Positions 37,223 to 47,750 of a stretch of DNA of 64,000 nucleotides are shown here, piece by piece (position 1 is the stretch's first letter; every line of letters begins with the position of its first letter). The position numbers and the translations under genes are program-made. The notes beneath the pieces are model-generated. The model was not told the DNA's origin. It worked only from the letters and a program-made list of their open reading frames with translations, and made no database searches. Source of the DNA: Candidatus Obscuribacteraceae bacterium (GTDB lineage: Bacteria > Cyanobacteriota > Vampirovibrionia > Obscuribacterales > Obscuribacteraceae); contig JBGAHS010000008.1 of NCBI GenBank assembly GCA_044226015.1, positions 64,001 to 128,000 of the forward strand. The letters are read 5' to 3'.

Positions 37223-39676
37223 ATGAGAAAGTCAGCTTCTCTTCTGCTTTCAATGCTCTGCTGTTTCGTAATGACTCTTTTCTGTGCGGCGTATGCAAAC
37301 GCACCAATCGCCGTCGTTAAGTCGGCTAAAAATGCTGAGTCCTATCAGCAGCAAAATATAGGTACTTTCGACGAGGACTGGCAAGCATTCAAAAGAACGC
37401 TTGAATCGGCCAACCTGCGATATGACATTCTTCCAGATGCAGATCTCACGCCTTCAAAATTAAGCCAATACAAAGTACTCATTCTGCCTCTGCTCGTAGA
37501 CCTGCCTTACCAGGCAGTCGAATCGATTCAGCAGTTCACCAGCAATGGTGGCAAAATTTTGGTCACTGATGGCGGTGGCGCACTTTCGAAAAACGCAGCC
37601 CTAGTAGACTCAATTGCAGGAGTCACAATAAACAACCATAACGCGACGCAAGACCCTCAGCAACTGCAATGGCGCAGCGGTAAGAACTTTAATCAAGACT
37701 TTGCCGTTGGAACTTTGGTTGCAGAAGCTACGGCAAACAGTGATGCAAACGTTCTTGCTAATTGGACTGATTCGGCAGGCAAGACGGTTGGACCAGCAAT
37801 TACAAAATCAGCCGGTAATATCTTCCTGGGGTGGGCACCCGGACTTCAGGGCGAGACAAGTACCAACGCAACCATTCTGACGATGGTTCTTGATGAAGCG
37901 TCTCCGGGGTTGAGCAAAGCAGCCACAATCCAAATAAGTTCCAACGATTATCAAAAGCTGCAAGATGATCTAGATTCACTTATCAAACGAACGGATGATG
38001 CCATTGCAACGGCACGCCAAGCTGATTTGAATGTGCCGATGCCTGATATCAAAAGACATTACGAGCAAGCGTTGATACATGCCCGTGCGTTCAGAGATTT
38101 TTATTCGCAACGAAAATCATTCGAAGCAGATGGTGAACTGAATGCTGCCAGAAAAGAACTTTCGATAGCATTTGCGGAATCGATGCCTGTAAGAGCAGTC
38201 GAGTCGCGTTCTATCTGGCTTGATAGAGGAACAATCGTTTCCTGCCAGAATCAACTTGGTATGGCGGCTCTGTTCAGCAAACTGAAAAAGGCTGGAATAA
38301 ACGTTGTGTATTTTGAAACCAATAATGCAGGTTTCACTATGTTCCCCTCAAAAGTGTCTGTGCAGAACCCACAGACAACGTCATGGAACCCGCTTGCTGC
38401 AGCCATTGCCGAAGCACACAAACGTGGCATGGAAATTCATGCGTGGTTCTGGACTTTTAATGTAGGCAACACATTTCATAATCCAATAATAAATCAAGAT
38501 GCTGATTACCCCGGACCAGTGCTCAGCACGCACGATTTTTCATGGGCATTAGCGTCCCAAACAGGTTCACTTGTACCGCCCAAGCAACATGAATTCTGGA
38601 TTGACCCCAGCGGTGAGGAAGGGCGAAAATTCATCAAAGATTTGATTACTGAAGTAGTAAAAACCTATCCTGTAGACGGCATCCAGCTAGATTACATTCG
38701 CTATCCCTTCAATGGAAAGGGCGGCGAAATGGGCTACGACTTCCTTGGCAGAGTGAAGTTTGAACGAGACACACATTTGAGTCTTGACCGAATGGATGAG
38801 AAAACTCGCAAAGCCTGGATTGCATGGAAAGCAAACAATGTAAGTACTTTAGTACAAGATGTATCAAAAACAGTCCGAGGAATTAATCCCGCAATCAAGA
38901 TTTCATGCGCTGTGTATGCGATGCCACGAGATCAGCGCATGAATCTGATTCAACAAGATTGGGAACTCTGGGTTGCCAACGGATGGATCGATACTCTCAA
39001 CCCAATGACATACGTCACAAAAGGAATGGAATTGCAGAAGATGGCTGGTTATGTGAAAACCAGCATCGACAACAAAGCCATGGTTTTGCCGGGCTTGTTT
39101 ATTAAGGACCTTGATACTGCGGGATTCGTGGAACAGCTCGATATATCGAGGAATTTAGGAACACTAGGAAACACGATGTTTGCAGCAGCGCAGCTTGATG
39201 ATAACAAGACAAACGTTTTGCAAATTGGACCCTACCGCAAGTCACCGCTGATGACACCAACATCTGACCCGATTAGAGCAGCGACGCTAATCTTCGACAG
39301 CTTTGCTCGCAGCATCAGCCGCTATGTGCAAGACCCTGAACGACCAATAGTTTCGGACCGTGCTTCTACTAATGAAATTCTAACACAGACTGAGTCTATT
39401 CAAAGAACTCTACATGCTATGCGACCAGATGCCGATGCAACTCAGATTGCTTCGATATCGAACTCGCTTAATGCTCTAAATTCATCAGTCAAAGATTGGC
39501 TTGCGATAGAAGCCTTCGCAAAGCGAGCACCAAGAGCAAACTACATTAGCACAACTATAGATCAAGCAAACTATATTTTGACCTATGCTGCTCACAAATC
39601 GAAAATGCGCATAAAATCTACGGCCGAAAATGGTGCAAAATCTTCAGCTTCGAATAAAGAATCTCAAAAAGGGTAA
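37223..39676 (+). CDS. Secreted GHL10 (UPF0748/YddW-DigH-like) glycoside hydrolase with extra N-terminal domain
   Basis: Signal peptide; ESRSIWLDRGTIV, EAHKRGMEIHAWF, WIDPS, YPVDGIQLDYIRYP, QQDWELW, PMTY. Confidence 0.88.
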   Translation: MRKSASLLLSMLCCFVMTLFCAAYANAPIAVVKSAKNAESYQQQNIGTFDEDWQAFKRTLESANLRYDILPDADLTPSKLSQYKVLILPLLVDLPYQAVESIQQFTSNGGKILVTDGGGALSKNAALVDSIAGVTINNHNATQDPQQLQWRSGKNFNQDFAVGTLVAEATANSDANVLANWTDSAGKTVGPAITKSAGNIFLGWAPGLQGETSTNATILTMVLDEASPGLSKAATIQISSNDYQKLQDDLDSLIKRTDDAIATARQADLNVPMPDIKRHYEQALIHARAFRDFYSQRKSFEADGELNAARKELSIAFAESMPVRAVESRSIWLDRGTIVSCQNQLGMAALFSKLKKAGINVVYFETNNAGFTMFPSKVSVQNPQTTSWNPLAAAIAEAHKRGMEIHAWFWTFNVGNTFHNPIINQDADYPGPVLSTHDFSWALASQTGSLVPPKQHEFWIDPSGEEGRKFIKDLITEVVKTYPVDGIQLDYIRYPFNGKGGEMGYDFLGRVKFERDTHLSLDRMDEKTRKAWIAWKANNVSTLVQDVSKTVRGINPAIKISCAVYAMPRDQRMNLIQQDWELWVANGWIDTLNPMTYVTKGMELQKMAGYVKTSIDNKAMVLPGLFIKDLDTAGFVEQLDISRNLGTLGNTMFAAAQLDDNKTNVLQIGPYRKSPLMTPTSDPIRAATLIFDSFARSISRYVQDPERPIVSDRASTNEILTQTESIQRTLHAMRPDADATQIASISNSLNALNSSVKDWLAIEAFAKRAPRANYISTTIDQANYILTYAAHKSKMRIKSTAENGAKSSASNKESQKG

Positions 39677-39739
39677 GTTGATCCTCGGAATCAAGATGGT
39701 GACGAAAATAGCAAGTTCTAAGCAATAATACGAGGCAAC

Positions 39740-42256
39740 GTGTCGCAAGATAAGCGATCAAAATTACTGCCACCGGGCTTTTTAATCGACGACAAATTCG
39801 AAATCGTCAGTCTCATCGGCAGTGGTGGCACAAGCGATGTTTATAAGGCACGCCACCGTCTCTTAGATAGTTTCGTCGCGATAAAAGTTATTCACAAGGA
39901 CCTTACTGATTCAAAAACCGCGGGAATTCGATTCCAACGAGAAGCTTCTGTTCTAAATTCTCTTCAGCATGAAAATATCGTTCGTTTCCTTTCATTCGGT
40001 CAACTGGAAGATGGACGATATTTCATGGCTCAAGAACTGCTTCCAGGGCTGACACTGGATCAGATTTTAGCCAAAGAAAAGACCCTAGAACCCGGACGCG
40101 CTCTTAACTTAGTCAGCCAGGTGTGCCGAGGATTGCGGCTGGCACACCAAAACAACATAGTACATCGAGACATAAAGCCAGCAAACATTGCGGTCTTCGA
40201 CACGAATGAAGGAGAAACCGCAAAAATACTGGACTTCGGTATTTACAAAAACACAGAACAGAGCAAAGAACAATCTCTTACATCAACAGGACAAGTGCTG
40301 GGAACATACAAATACGCCAGCCCTGAACAATGTTGCAACAACTCCGTAACCCCGGCTTCCGATATCTATTCTCTGGGCTGCGTTTTCTATGAAATGCTCT
40401 GCGGGGCACCGCCATTCGCTGATGAGTCAGAGCTGGCTATCTTAAACAATCAGGCTTACACAGCAATAGAAAATGTACCTTCAGCAATACCTATTTCGAA
40501 TCAACTCAAGAAAATTTTGCTGAAGTGCTTAAAGAAAACGCCAGATGAGCGATATCAAAATGCAGAAGAACTAGATTTTGCTCTGAGACAGGCGGACTTG
40601 CGAAAGCCTATATCTGAATATTTGCGCTTAGCCTTGATTTTTACGCTTATCTTGACCTTTGCTGGAGTAGTCTCAACTTACATATTGAGGCAAAATAAAA
40701 TAGAAGCAACTGCAAAAATCCCCCTATCTCTCAAACATCCAAAAACCTCGGGCAATAACTCAGCTCCAAAAATTGACGGAAAGTCACCAGAAGATATAAT
40801 CGCAATAGAAGACGAGTGGCTAGAACAACAAGCCTCGAAATGGAAGATAGAGGATGCCATCGATGCATGGTGTGCCTCAGCTAATGCACGAAAACAACGG
40901 CAAATAAAAACGCTGCCACCAGAGACACAACTAATTGAACAGAAAGCCAATGAAAAACTGCACAGAATGTTCAAGTTAAACAGTCCAAACGAACCCATAC
41001 TCAATTTCTTAGAGAAATATGTGTTCTTTTTATCCATAGCTCAAAAAAACAAGGAAGCCGAAAACTGGCTAAGCATGGTGAAAATTGAACCGGGACACTT
41101 ACAAGACAAGCGAAAAATGCTGTCCTGTTATATCATTCTTGCCAAACAGGGAGCACCTGATCTGAATCTCGAGAACCTTCTCCTGGAACGTCTTGCGCTC
41201 GTAAAACACATTCCATTTGCCACGTGGGATGATTACCAGGAACTTGCAGATTGCGCAAAGAAAAAAGGGGATTTAAGCAAACACCTCGAATACTTGAAAA
41301 AATCGGTGGAAGCTTGTTTTAGCAGCAGACTAGTCGAAGAGCACCATGATCTACGCGCGAAACGCCTTGCATCAAGCTTGCAACTAGCTAAGGCGAATTT
41401 CGAGGCTGGAAATAAGAATGAAGCAAGAAAAGCAATTCAGCAATTTGAAGAGAGCGTTCCAACAACCTGCAAAACCAACCTGCGCATCTATAACATCGAA
41501 GCTGATGCCCTGGGCAACGCAGACGAATCTGATTGGGCACCACTCCTAAAGGCAGCATTAAAATGCCATTGCCAGGAATATAAATCAGCGGCATCAGTTC
41601 TTGCAAAACATGCGTTCTACGTAGGTAAAAAAGAAAACTACGAAGGAAGTCTTGCAGACCTCAGAGCTGCAATAAAAATCTATAAAACCTGCGTCAGCAT
41701 GAATAGCAAAACACAGCAAAAAGTACCTCTGCAGATCGGCGAGAGTGAAGCAAAAAAGCAGACTGAAGACAAAATACCTTGGCTTAGTAGAACACCTACG
41801 CACCAGGTGCCCCCTGGAGAAATAATGAACAACCTTGCTCTCGCCCTCATAATGACAGGCAAGAAAGATGAAGCAAGTAAAGTCGTTGCTGCTGTAATAA
41901 ATGAGTCTCAGTACCAGCCACCGGTGAAATTGTTTGCCCGAGACATACAGATTTGCCTCAAACATGAAAATGACCCGGCAATAATGCTAGAGGAGCATCA
42001 AAAGCTTTTCGAGGAAAGTAGAACAAACATGTCCTTCGCTACAAATCAGCCATCAATAGTCGAGCACATAGTTGAAGATTTCGAGAAACTCAAGAAAATG
42101 GACGAAGCTCGAAACTTCCTTTTGAAGAACCAGGACCGGTTCTGGCTCGAATCCACTAAGGCTAGTGCACTCCAGTTGGCAAAGATAATCGAAGAACATC
42201 CTGACAACTGGCGTGATGTCGTTATTAACAACAATAAATCTCAATCACTAAAATAG
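39740..42256 (+). CDS. Hanks-type Ser/Thr protein kinase with TM helix and helical/TPR-like extracytoplasmic region
   Basis: IGSGGTSDVYKA, VAIK, HRDIKPANI, DFG, GTYKYASPEQ, SDIYSLG; TM segment LALIFTLILTFAGVV. Confidence 0.93.
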   Translation: MSQDKRSKLLPPGFLIDDKFEIVSLIGSGGTSDVYKARHRLLDSFVAIKVIHKDLTDSKTAGIRFQREASVLNSLQHENIVRFLSFGQLEDGRYFMAQELLPGLTLDQILAKEKTLEPGRALNLVSQVCRGLRLAHQNNIVHRDIKPANIAVFDTNEGETAKILDFGIYKNTEQSKEQSLTSTGQVLGTYKYASPEQCCNNSVTPASDIYSLGCVFYEMLCGAPPFADESELAILNNQAYTAIENVPSAIPISNQLKKILLKCLKKTPDERYQNAEELDFALRQADLRKPISEYLRLALIFTLILTFAGVVSTYILRQNKIEATAKIPLSLKHPKTSGNNSAPKIDGKSPEDIIAIEDEWLEQQASKWKIEDAIDAWCASANARKQRQIKTLPPETQLIEQKANEKLHRMFKLNSPNEPILNFLEKYVFFLSIAQKNKEAENWLSMVKIEPGHLQDKRKMLSCYIILAKQGAPDLNLENLLLERLALVKHIPFATWDDYQELADCAKKKGDLSKHLEYLKKSVEACFSSRLVEEHHDLRAKRLASSLQLAKANFEAGNKNEARKAIQQFEESVPTTCKTNLRIYNIEADALGNADESDWAPLLKAALKCHCQEYKSAASVLAKHAFYVGKKENYEGSLADLRAAIKIYKTCVSMNSKTQQKVPLQIGESEAKKQTEDKIPWLSRTPTHQVPPGEIMNNLALALIMTGKKDEASKVVAAVINESQYQPPVKLFARDIQICLKHENDPAIMLEEHQKLFEESRTNMSFATNQPSIVEHIVEDFEKLKKMDEARNFLLKNQDRFWLESTKASALQLAKIIEEHPDNWRDVVINNNKSQSLK

Positions 42257-42357
42257 GATTAGTTTCTCAGTGGTCTGCATATAGGGCTGATATCTTAAGA
42301 AGACTGTATTTCAGCCCGTTACCAGGGTCTCCCGGTGGATGGAGACGAAGGAGAAAC

Positions 42358-43836
42358 ATGTCAACACAAACGAGCAACGAATCGAAGGGAAGCGCCGCGA
42401 CCCAGACGAAAGTTCCAATCACAGTGGCCAAAGGTGATGGAATTGGACCAGAAATCATGGACGCAACGCTACACATCCTCAAAGAAGGTGGTGCGCGTCT
42501 TGAAATCGAAGAAATCGAAGTCGGCGAAAAAGTATACCTCCGTGGTATCGCGGCTGGTATCGAACCGCAATCCTGGGATTCGTTGAGAAGAACAAAAGTT
42601 TTCCTCAAAGCTCCTATCACAACCCCACAAGGCGGCGGCTACCAGAGCTTGAATGTAGCTACCAGAAAGACTCTAGGTCTTTACGCTAACATCCGTCCTT
42701 GCGTTTCCTACCATCCATACGTTGACACAAAGCATCCTAAGCAAAATCTAGTAATCGTTCGTGAAAACGAAGAAGATTGCTACGCAGGTATTGAATACAG
42801 ACAAACCAGAGACGTTTATCAGTGCTTGAAGCTCATCAGCCGTCCAGGTTCTGAGAAGATCGTCCGTTACGCTTTCGAGTACGCTCGTCGTTATAACCGC
42901 AAGAAAGTTACTTGTTTCATGAAAGACAATATCATGAAGCTAACCGATGGACTCTTCCACAAAGTGTTCGATGAAATCGGTGAAGATTATCCAGACATCG
43001 AAAAAGAAGCTTGGATCGTCGACATCGGTGCAGCTAAGATGGCTGATACACCAGAAGCTTTCGACGTTCTCGTCATGCCTAACCTCTACGGAGATATTCT
43101 CTCTGACGTAGCAGCACAAATCGCTGGTTCCGTAGGTCTTGCAGGTTCCGCAAATATCGGCGACCACTGCGCAATGTTCGAAGCTATCCACGGCTCCGCT
43201 CCACGTCGTGCAGGACAGAACCTCGCTAACCCATCAGGTCTGTTCCTCGGAGCAGTCCAGATGCTCGTGCACATCGACCAGCCAGATGTTGCAGAGCGCG
43301 TGCACAATGCATGGCTCAAGACGATCGAAGATGGCATCCACACTTACGACATCTTCGAAGAAGGCGTCAGCAAGCAAAAAGTTGGCACCAAAGAGTTTGC
43401 GCAAGCTATCGTTGATCGCCTCGGTCAAAAGCCAGAGAAGCTCGCACCAGTCAGCTATGCTCAAGCTCCTAAGCAAGACATCCGCAGCGTAGACAAAGCA
43501 TCCGTTGCTACCACAAAAGAAACAGTCGGTATCGACGTTTACTTGGATTGGAAAGAAGGCTCAGCTGACCAACTCGGTAAGATTGTTGAGAAGTTGGGAA
43601 CAGACAAGCTGCCATTCCACATGCTCACAAACCGTGGCGTTAAAGTGTATCCAAACGGTCTTCCAGAAACATTCTGCACAGACCACTGGCGCGCACGCTA
43701 CCTCCACGACGACATGAAGGCTATCAACCACGCTGACATTCTTGAACTCCTCAAGAAGTTCAATGAAGCAAAACTGGACTTCATCCAAACAGAAAATCTC
43801 TGCAAATTCAACGGCGAAAAGAATTTCTCCAACTAA
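42358..43836 (+). CDS. icd: Isocitrate dehydrogenase (NADP-type with C-terminal extension)
   Basis: GDGIGPEI, KAPITTPQGGGYQSLNV, RENEED, KDNIMK, NLYGDILSD, FEAIHGSAP; AAGGAG RBS. Confidence 0.95.
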   Translation: MSTQTSNESKGSAATQTKVPITVAKGDGIGPEIMDATLHILKEGGARLEIEEIEVGEKVYLRGIAAGIEPQSWDSLRRTKVFLKAPITTPQGGGYQSLNVATRKTLGLYANIRPCVSYHPYVDTKHPKQNLVIVRENEEDCYAGIEYRQTRDVYQCLKLISRPGSEKIVRYAFEYARRYNRKKVTCFMKDNIMKLTDGLFHKVFDEIGEDYPDIEKEAWIVDIGAAKMADTPEAFDVLVMPNLYGDILSDVAAQIAGSVGLAGSANIGDHCAMFEAIHGSAPRRAGQNLANPSGLFLGAVQMLVHIDQPDVAERVHNAWLKTIEDGIHTYDIFEEGVSKQKVGTKEFAQAIVDRLGQKPEKLAPVSYAQAPKQDIRSVDKASVATTKETVGIDVYLDWKEGSADQLGKIVEKLGTDKLPFHMLTNRGVKVYPNGLPETFCTDHWRARYLHDDMKAINHADILELLKKFNEAKLDFIQTENLCKFNGEKNFSN

Positions 43837-43860
43837 GTTGAAGCAGCAATAGATAATGCG

Positions 43861-43894
43861 CAAAGAGCACCGAATTCGGTGCTCTTTGTTTTTT
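43861..43894 (+). terminator. Rho-independent terminator of icd
   Basis: Perfect inverted repeat CAAAGAGCACCGAATTCGGTGCTCTTTG followed by a T tract. Confidence 0.9.
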
Positions 43895-44040
43895 GATGAC
43901 TTATAGAAGGTTTGATTAGCAGGTTTGCTTAGACAAATTGCTTCGAACGAACTACCAGTTTCGGCGCTAACCATGGGCATAAGCAAAGTCAGCCAATGCG
44001 ATGTAGAATGAGCGGATAGAATCCTTCAAAGGTCCGAGTA

Positions 44041-45375
44041 ATGTACCGCCCCTCGCTTTCTCCTAAATGTATCGGCGCCTTTATGGTTGTTGCTAGTGTA
44101 CTGTCTATTTCTGCTTGTGGGCTCGATTTAGACCCATACAAAACAGTTAGCAAAGACAGAGCAAATTTCCCATTAATCTCGGCAACTCGCCCACTCGGGG
44201 CTGATTGTGGTCCAAATGACTCAGCCTCGATCAAACGCGCGCTTATGCATCCATTGGGACCAACTGGTGGTTGGCACGGAAAGAAAGCACAGATTGATTA
44301 CACAAAAACAAAAGATTTGAAAGAAAACATATTCCAATTGCATGACAACATGATTAGTGGCTACGTCAAAGTTAGCGAACCCGGTTATCTTGAGGCTCGC
44401 TCTTATGATGATGTGTACGGCGATGTTTACTGCGGTTGGTCTGATGATAAGCTAAAAATTGAGCCCACGGATAAATACGTTTTGATAAGCTTTGGACTTT
44501 GCACCGTGGGTGATGGCGGACTAGATCAGGTTCACGAAATTGCATTCTTTCCACAAAACTCAAACCGCGGGAAACTGATTTTTTCATCGGCGCACAAACA
44601 CACCGATAACATTGACGCAGCAGAGTTCTATGAGCCGAAGCTACTGGGAACCAGCGCGACCTTTAACAATTTTCTTGCTCTCGAAGTCATTCATTCCTAT
44701 TTAGCTAAGGGAGATCTAAAAAAAGCGAAAGAAGTAATCGACGATTCCTACAAAGCGCTCGCAGCATTGAGTGACTCTGTAGGCAGAGGACGGTCAGGTA
44801 CTACTGAAAGAATTCCAGCGAGATCTAGCCATCTGAATGATTTTGCACTATTGGAATGTTTCGAAGCAGGTTTATCGATTGGTGAAGAAGACTTCAGTAG
44901 CAAAATGCAAGTATTAGAGAAAACGCTCAAGGAAGAATCCCAATTTTCATTCAAAAGAGAACGAGAATGCACTGAAAAAATGTTGCCACTGTTTAGTTGG
45001 TTTGGAAAGCAATTCAATGGCAAAAAACCAACCGTCCAAATAAGTCAGATTAATAAAACCGGAATGCAGAAGGGCTTTGTGGGACATGAACCAGTCCTCA
45101 TTAGCGATTTTCTAAATGGATTAGTGGCGGAAGAAAAATTCCGAATGCTGAGCTCTCAATCAGCAAGTTTCTGGATTGGGATAAAAGCTTACCTTCACAA
45201 TGATATGAAAACTGCAGCAAAGGAATTCAAAATTTTTCTAGACGAAAAGCCTTACCAGACAATGGCTTTTGAAACCGCAGCAGCGGCAAAATTAAACCAC
45301 ACAATTGACAACTCCTCAGAATACAAAGGCAGCAGCACAATTACACTGTCGAGTTCAAAAAAAGAGCGTAAATAG
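44041..45375 (+). CDS. Hypothetical protein, probable lipoprotein
   Basis: 444-aa ORF with a hydrophobic N-terminus ending in a lipobox-like ISAC; no family recognised. Confidence 0.7.
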   Translation: MYRPSLSPKCIGAFMVVASVLSISACGLDLDPYKTVSKDRANFPLISATRPLGADCGPNDSASIKRALMHPLGPTGGWHGKKAQIDYTKTKDLKENIFQLHDNMISGYVKVSEPGYLEARSYDDVYGDVYCGWSDDKLKIEPTDKYVLISFGLCTVGDGGLDQVHEIAFFPQNSNRGKLIFSSAHKHTDNIDAAEFYEPKLLGTSATFNNFLALEVIHSYLAKGDLKKAKEVIDDSYKALAALSDSVGRGRSGTTERIPARSSHLNDFALLECFEAGLSIGEEDFSSKMQVLEKTLKEESQFSFKRERECTEKMLPLFSWFGKQFNGKKPTVQISQINKTGMQKGFVGHEPVLISDFLNGLVAEEKFRMLSSQSASFWIGIKAYLHNDMKTAAKEFKIFLDEKPYQTMAFETAAAAKLNHTIDNSSEYKGSSTITLSSSKKERK

Positions 45376-45573
45376 GAGCGGGCAGCCAAGCACTCAACCC
45401 CATCTCGCAGAATGAAAGTTCATTAGCCTGAGTTTCAAGTAGCGATTTGAAATGCTCCTGAAAGGATTGTCTGTATAGTATGTACTGCGTTCTATAACGG
45501 CCAGTACAAGAAGACCTCACATGTAAGTCATGCGCCAGACTTATTCAACAGGCAAAGGGATTGGGGTCTAAAA

Positions 45574-46581
45574 ATGGAAGTTCTTCTGAAATTTACAGCC
45601 TGTGCGCTTGTCATCATGATTTCAGGGAGTCAACTCAGCCGCCATGGTGACGTAATAGCTGAAAAAACCGGGCTAGGGCGAAACTGGGTAGGACTAGTCT
45701 TACTCGCCACCGTTACTTCTCTTCCCGAATTGATCACCGGAATTTCAGCTGTTACTCTAAATGACCTTCCAGACATGGCGGTGAGTGGCACACTGGGAAG
45801 TTGCCTCTTTAACATGTTGGTCATAGCCGCACTCGACGTGTTTTCAAAAAAACGACCAGTATCACATATGGTGCATCAAGGTCATATCCTATCCGCAGGA
45901 TTTGGCATAGTTCTCATCGGCTTCGCCGCAGTAGACATCATATTCTCAAAATACATGCCTCCCATAAGATGGCTAAACTCCATTGACCCCATAAGCCTGG
46001 GCTACATTGTCATTTATTTGATAGCGATGAAACTCATTTACTCATATGAACAGCAGAGAATTCAGGAATTCGCCGGTGAAATCGCTGAAGCGACAAATGT
46101 AGGCTCCCAAAGCCTAGCCAGGTCGATCTTGCTCTTCTCACTCAACTCCGTTGTGATTGTAGCAGCAGCCTGCTATCTGCCTGAGCTCGGCGAGGAAATA
46201 GCAAAAATGACTGGCTGGGGTGAGAGCTTTATAGGGTCCTCCTTCATAGCTATAACCACATCACTTCCAGAAATCTCGGTTTCTGTCGTAGCAGCTCGAA
46301 TGGGAGCTTTCGATATGGCAGTAGCTAACTTGCTCGGCAGTAACCTCTTCAACGTCGTAATTTTGGCAGCAATCGACTTTTGCTTTTTAAAAGCACCATT
46401 GCTCAGTTGCGTTTCTCAAACCAACACACTTATGGCGTTGGCAGCCATGATTTCGATGGGCATAGTAGTTATCGGGTTAACCTATCGTTCAGAGAAAAAG
46501 TTGCTCTTTCTAGCAGGGGATGCAATTGCCATTGCTGTTGTCTACATCATGGCGAATGTCTTGCTGTTCATAGCTCATTAA
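45574..46581 (+). CDS. Sodium/calcium (CaCA, YrbG-like) antiporter
   Basis: Two alpha repeats: TSLPEL...GSCLFN and TSLPEI...GSNLFN. Confidence 0.9.
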   Translation: MEVLLKFTACALVIMISGSQLSRHGDVIAEKTGLGRNWVGLVLLATVTSLPELITGISAVTLNDLPDMAVSGTLGSCLFNMLVIAALDVFSKKRPVSHMVHQGHILSAGFGIVLIGFAAVDIIFSKYMPPIRWLNSIDPISLGYIVIYLIAMKLIYSYEQQRIQEFAGEIAEATNVGSQSLARSILLFSLNSVVIVAAACYLPELGEEIAKMTGWGESFIGSSFIAITTSLPEISVSVVAARMGAFDMAVANLLGSNLFNVVILAAIDFCFLKAPLLSCVSQTNTLMALAAMISMGIVVIGLTYRSEKKLLFLAGDAIAIAVVYIMANVLLFIAH

Positions 46582-46799
46582 AATGGCTTTCGTATGTGGA
46601 TAGATTTCATTGAACTCACCACTTACACTGCGGCTCCAACAACGTCGCCGCTAACTGCATAAGTAAATTGCTCGTAAAGATAGGGCTAAGCTTGTTAGGC
46701 TCTCGTAAAGCTTCCGTCTGCACGGAAATGGACTGGCTGAATAGCGGTATCATTCACCTTGCTCGAAACAATGCACGTTTCGAAAAAGGAGAAATTGAA

Positions 46800-47750
46800 A
46801 TGAAAAGACCATTGATTGTTTCACTGGCATCATTGTTGTTGATATCTGCATCATATAAATGCTCGGGTGCAGAACTTCCAGCCTGGCAGCCAGCCCAGGG
46901 ATTCAAACAGGTTCCCATTTGGCCAGGAAAAATACCCGACCCTCTGAAAACAAAGGGTCCAGAAATTACTACACGATCGGAAGATCTCGTTGGAGGAAAA
47001 ACAGTTCTTTGCTCCCAAAAAGTTGCAACTCCAACGATGACTGTCTATCCAGCTAAAGGCAAGAACACTGGCGCTGCAGTTGTTATATTCCCGGGTGGAG
47101 GTTTTTGGATCTTAGCAATGGATCTAGAAGGCACCGAGGTGGCGGAGTGGCTCACCGCTCGTGGTATCACTTGTATATTGCTCAAATACCGGGTACCTGG
47201 CGATAATTTATCGCCAAGAACCGGCTGTTATCCGAAGTGTCCCATGGCTCTGGAAGACGCGCAGAGAACCATTAGATTAGTACGTTCGCATGCAGAAGAG
47301 TGGCATATTGATCCACACAAGGTTGGAGTACTTGGATTTTCTGCTGGCGGACATCTAGTAGCAGCTACAAGCAATCACTATGCAAAAACCATATACAAGC
47401 CCGTTGATGCTGCCGACAAGCTAAGCTGCCGACCTGATTTTGCTATTGCACTGTACCCGGGCCACATGCTCGAGGGCGCGAAGAAGCCCTTCGAATTGAA
47501 CCCAACGATTCCCGTTACAAAAAACACTCCGCCTACATTTATAGTACAAGCTGAGGATGACCCTGTGGATGAGGTAGAGAATTCACTAGCCTATTTTGCA
47601 GCACTGCGAAAAGCAGGCGTGCCGACCGAAATGCATATCTATGCGCAGGGAAAACATGGGTTCGGTTTACGCCGGACGAATCTGCCAATCACGAAATGGA
47701 CCGACCTGGCAGAGACATGGCTCAAAACAATTGGCGTGATAAAAGACTAG
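46800..47750 (+). CDS. Secreted alpha/beta hydrolase (carbohydrate/feruloyl esterase-like)
   Basis: PGGG oxyanion motif, GFSAGG nucleophile elbow, DDPV, HGFG. ATG 46800 has an AAGGAG RBS; track start is 46668. Confidence 0.9.
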   Translation: MKRPLIVSLASLLLISASYKCSGAELPAWQPAQGFKQVPIWPGKIPDPLKTKGPEITTRSEDLVGGKTVLCSQKVATPTMTVYPAKGKNTGAAVVIFPGGGFWILAMDLEGTEVAEWLTARGITCILLKYRVPGDNLSPRTGCYPKCPMALEDAQRTIRLVRSHAEEWHIDPHKVGVLGFSAGGHLVAATSNHYAKTIYKPVDAADKLSCRPDFAIALYPGHMLEGAKKPFELNPTIPVTKNTPPTFIVQAEDDPVDEVENSLAYFAALRKAGVPTEMHIYAQGKHGFGLRRTNLPITKWTDLAETWLKTIGVIKD

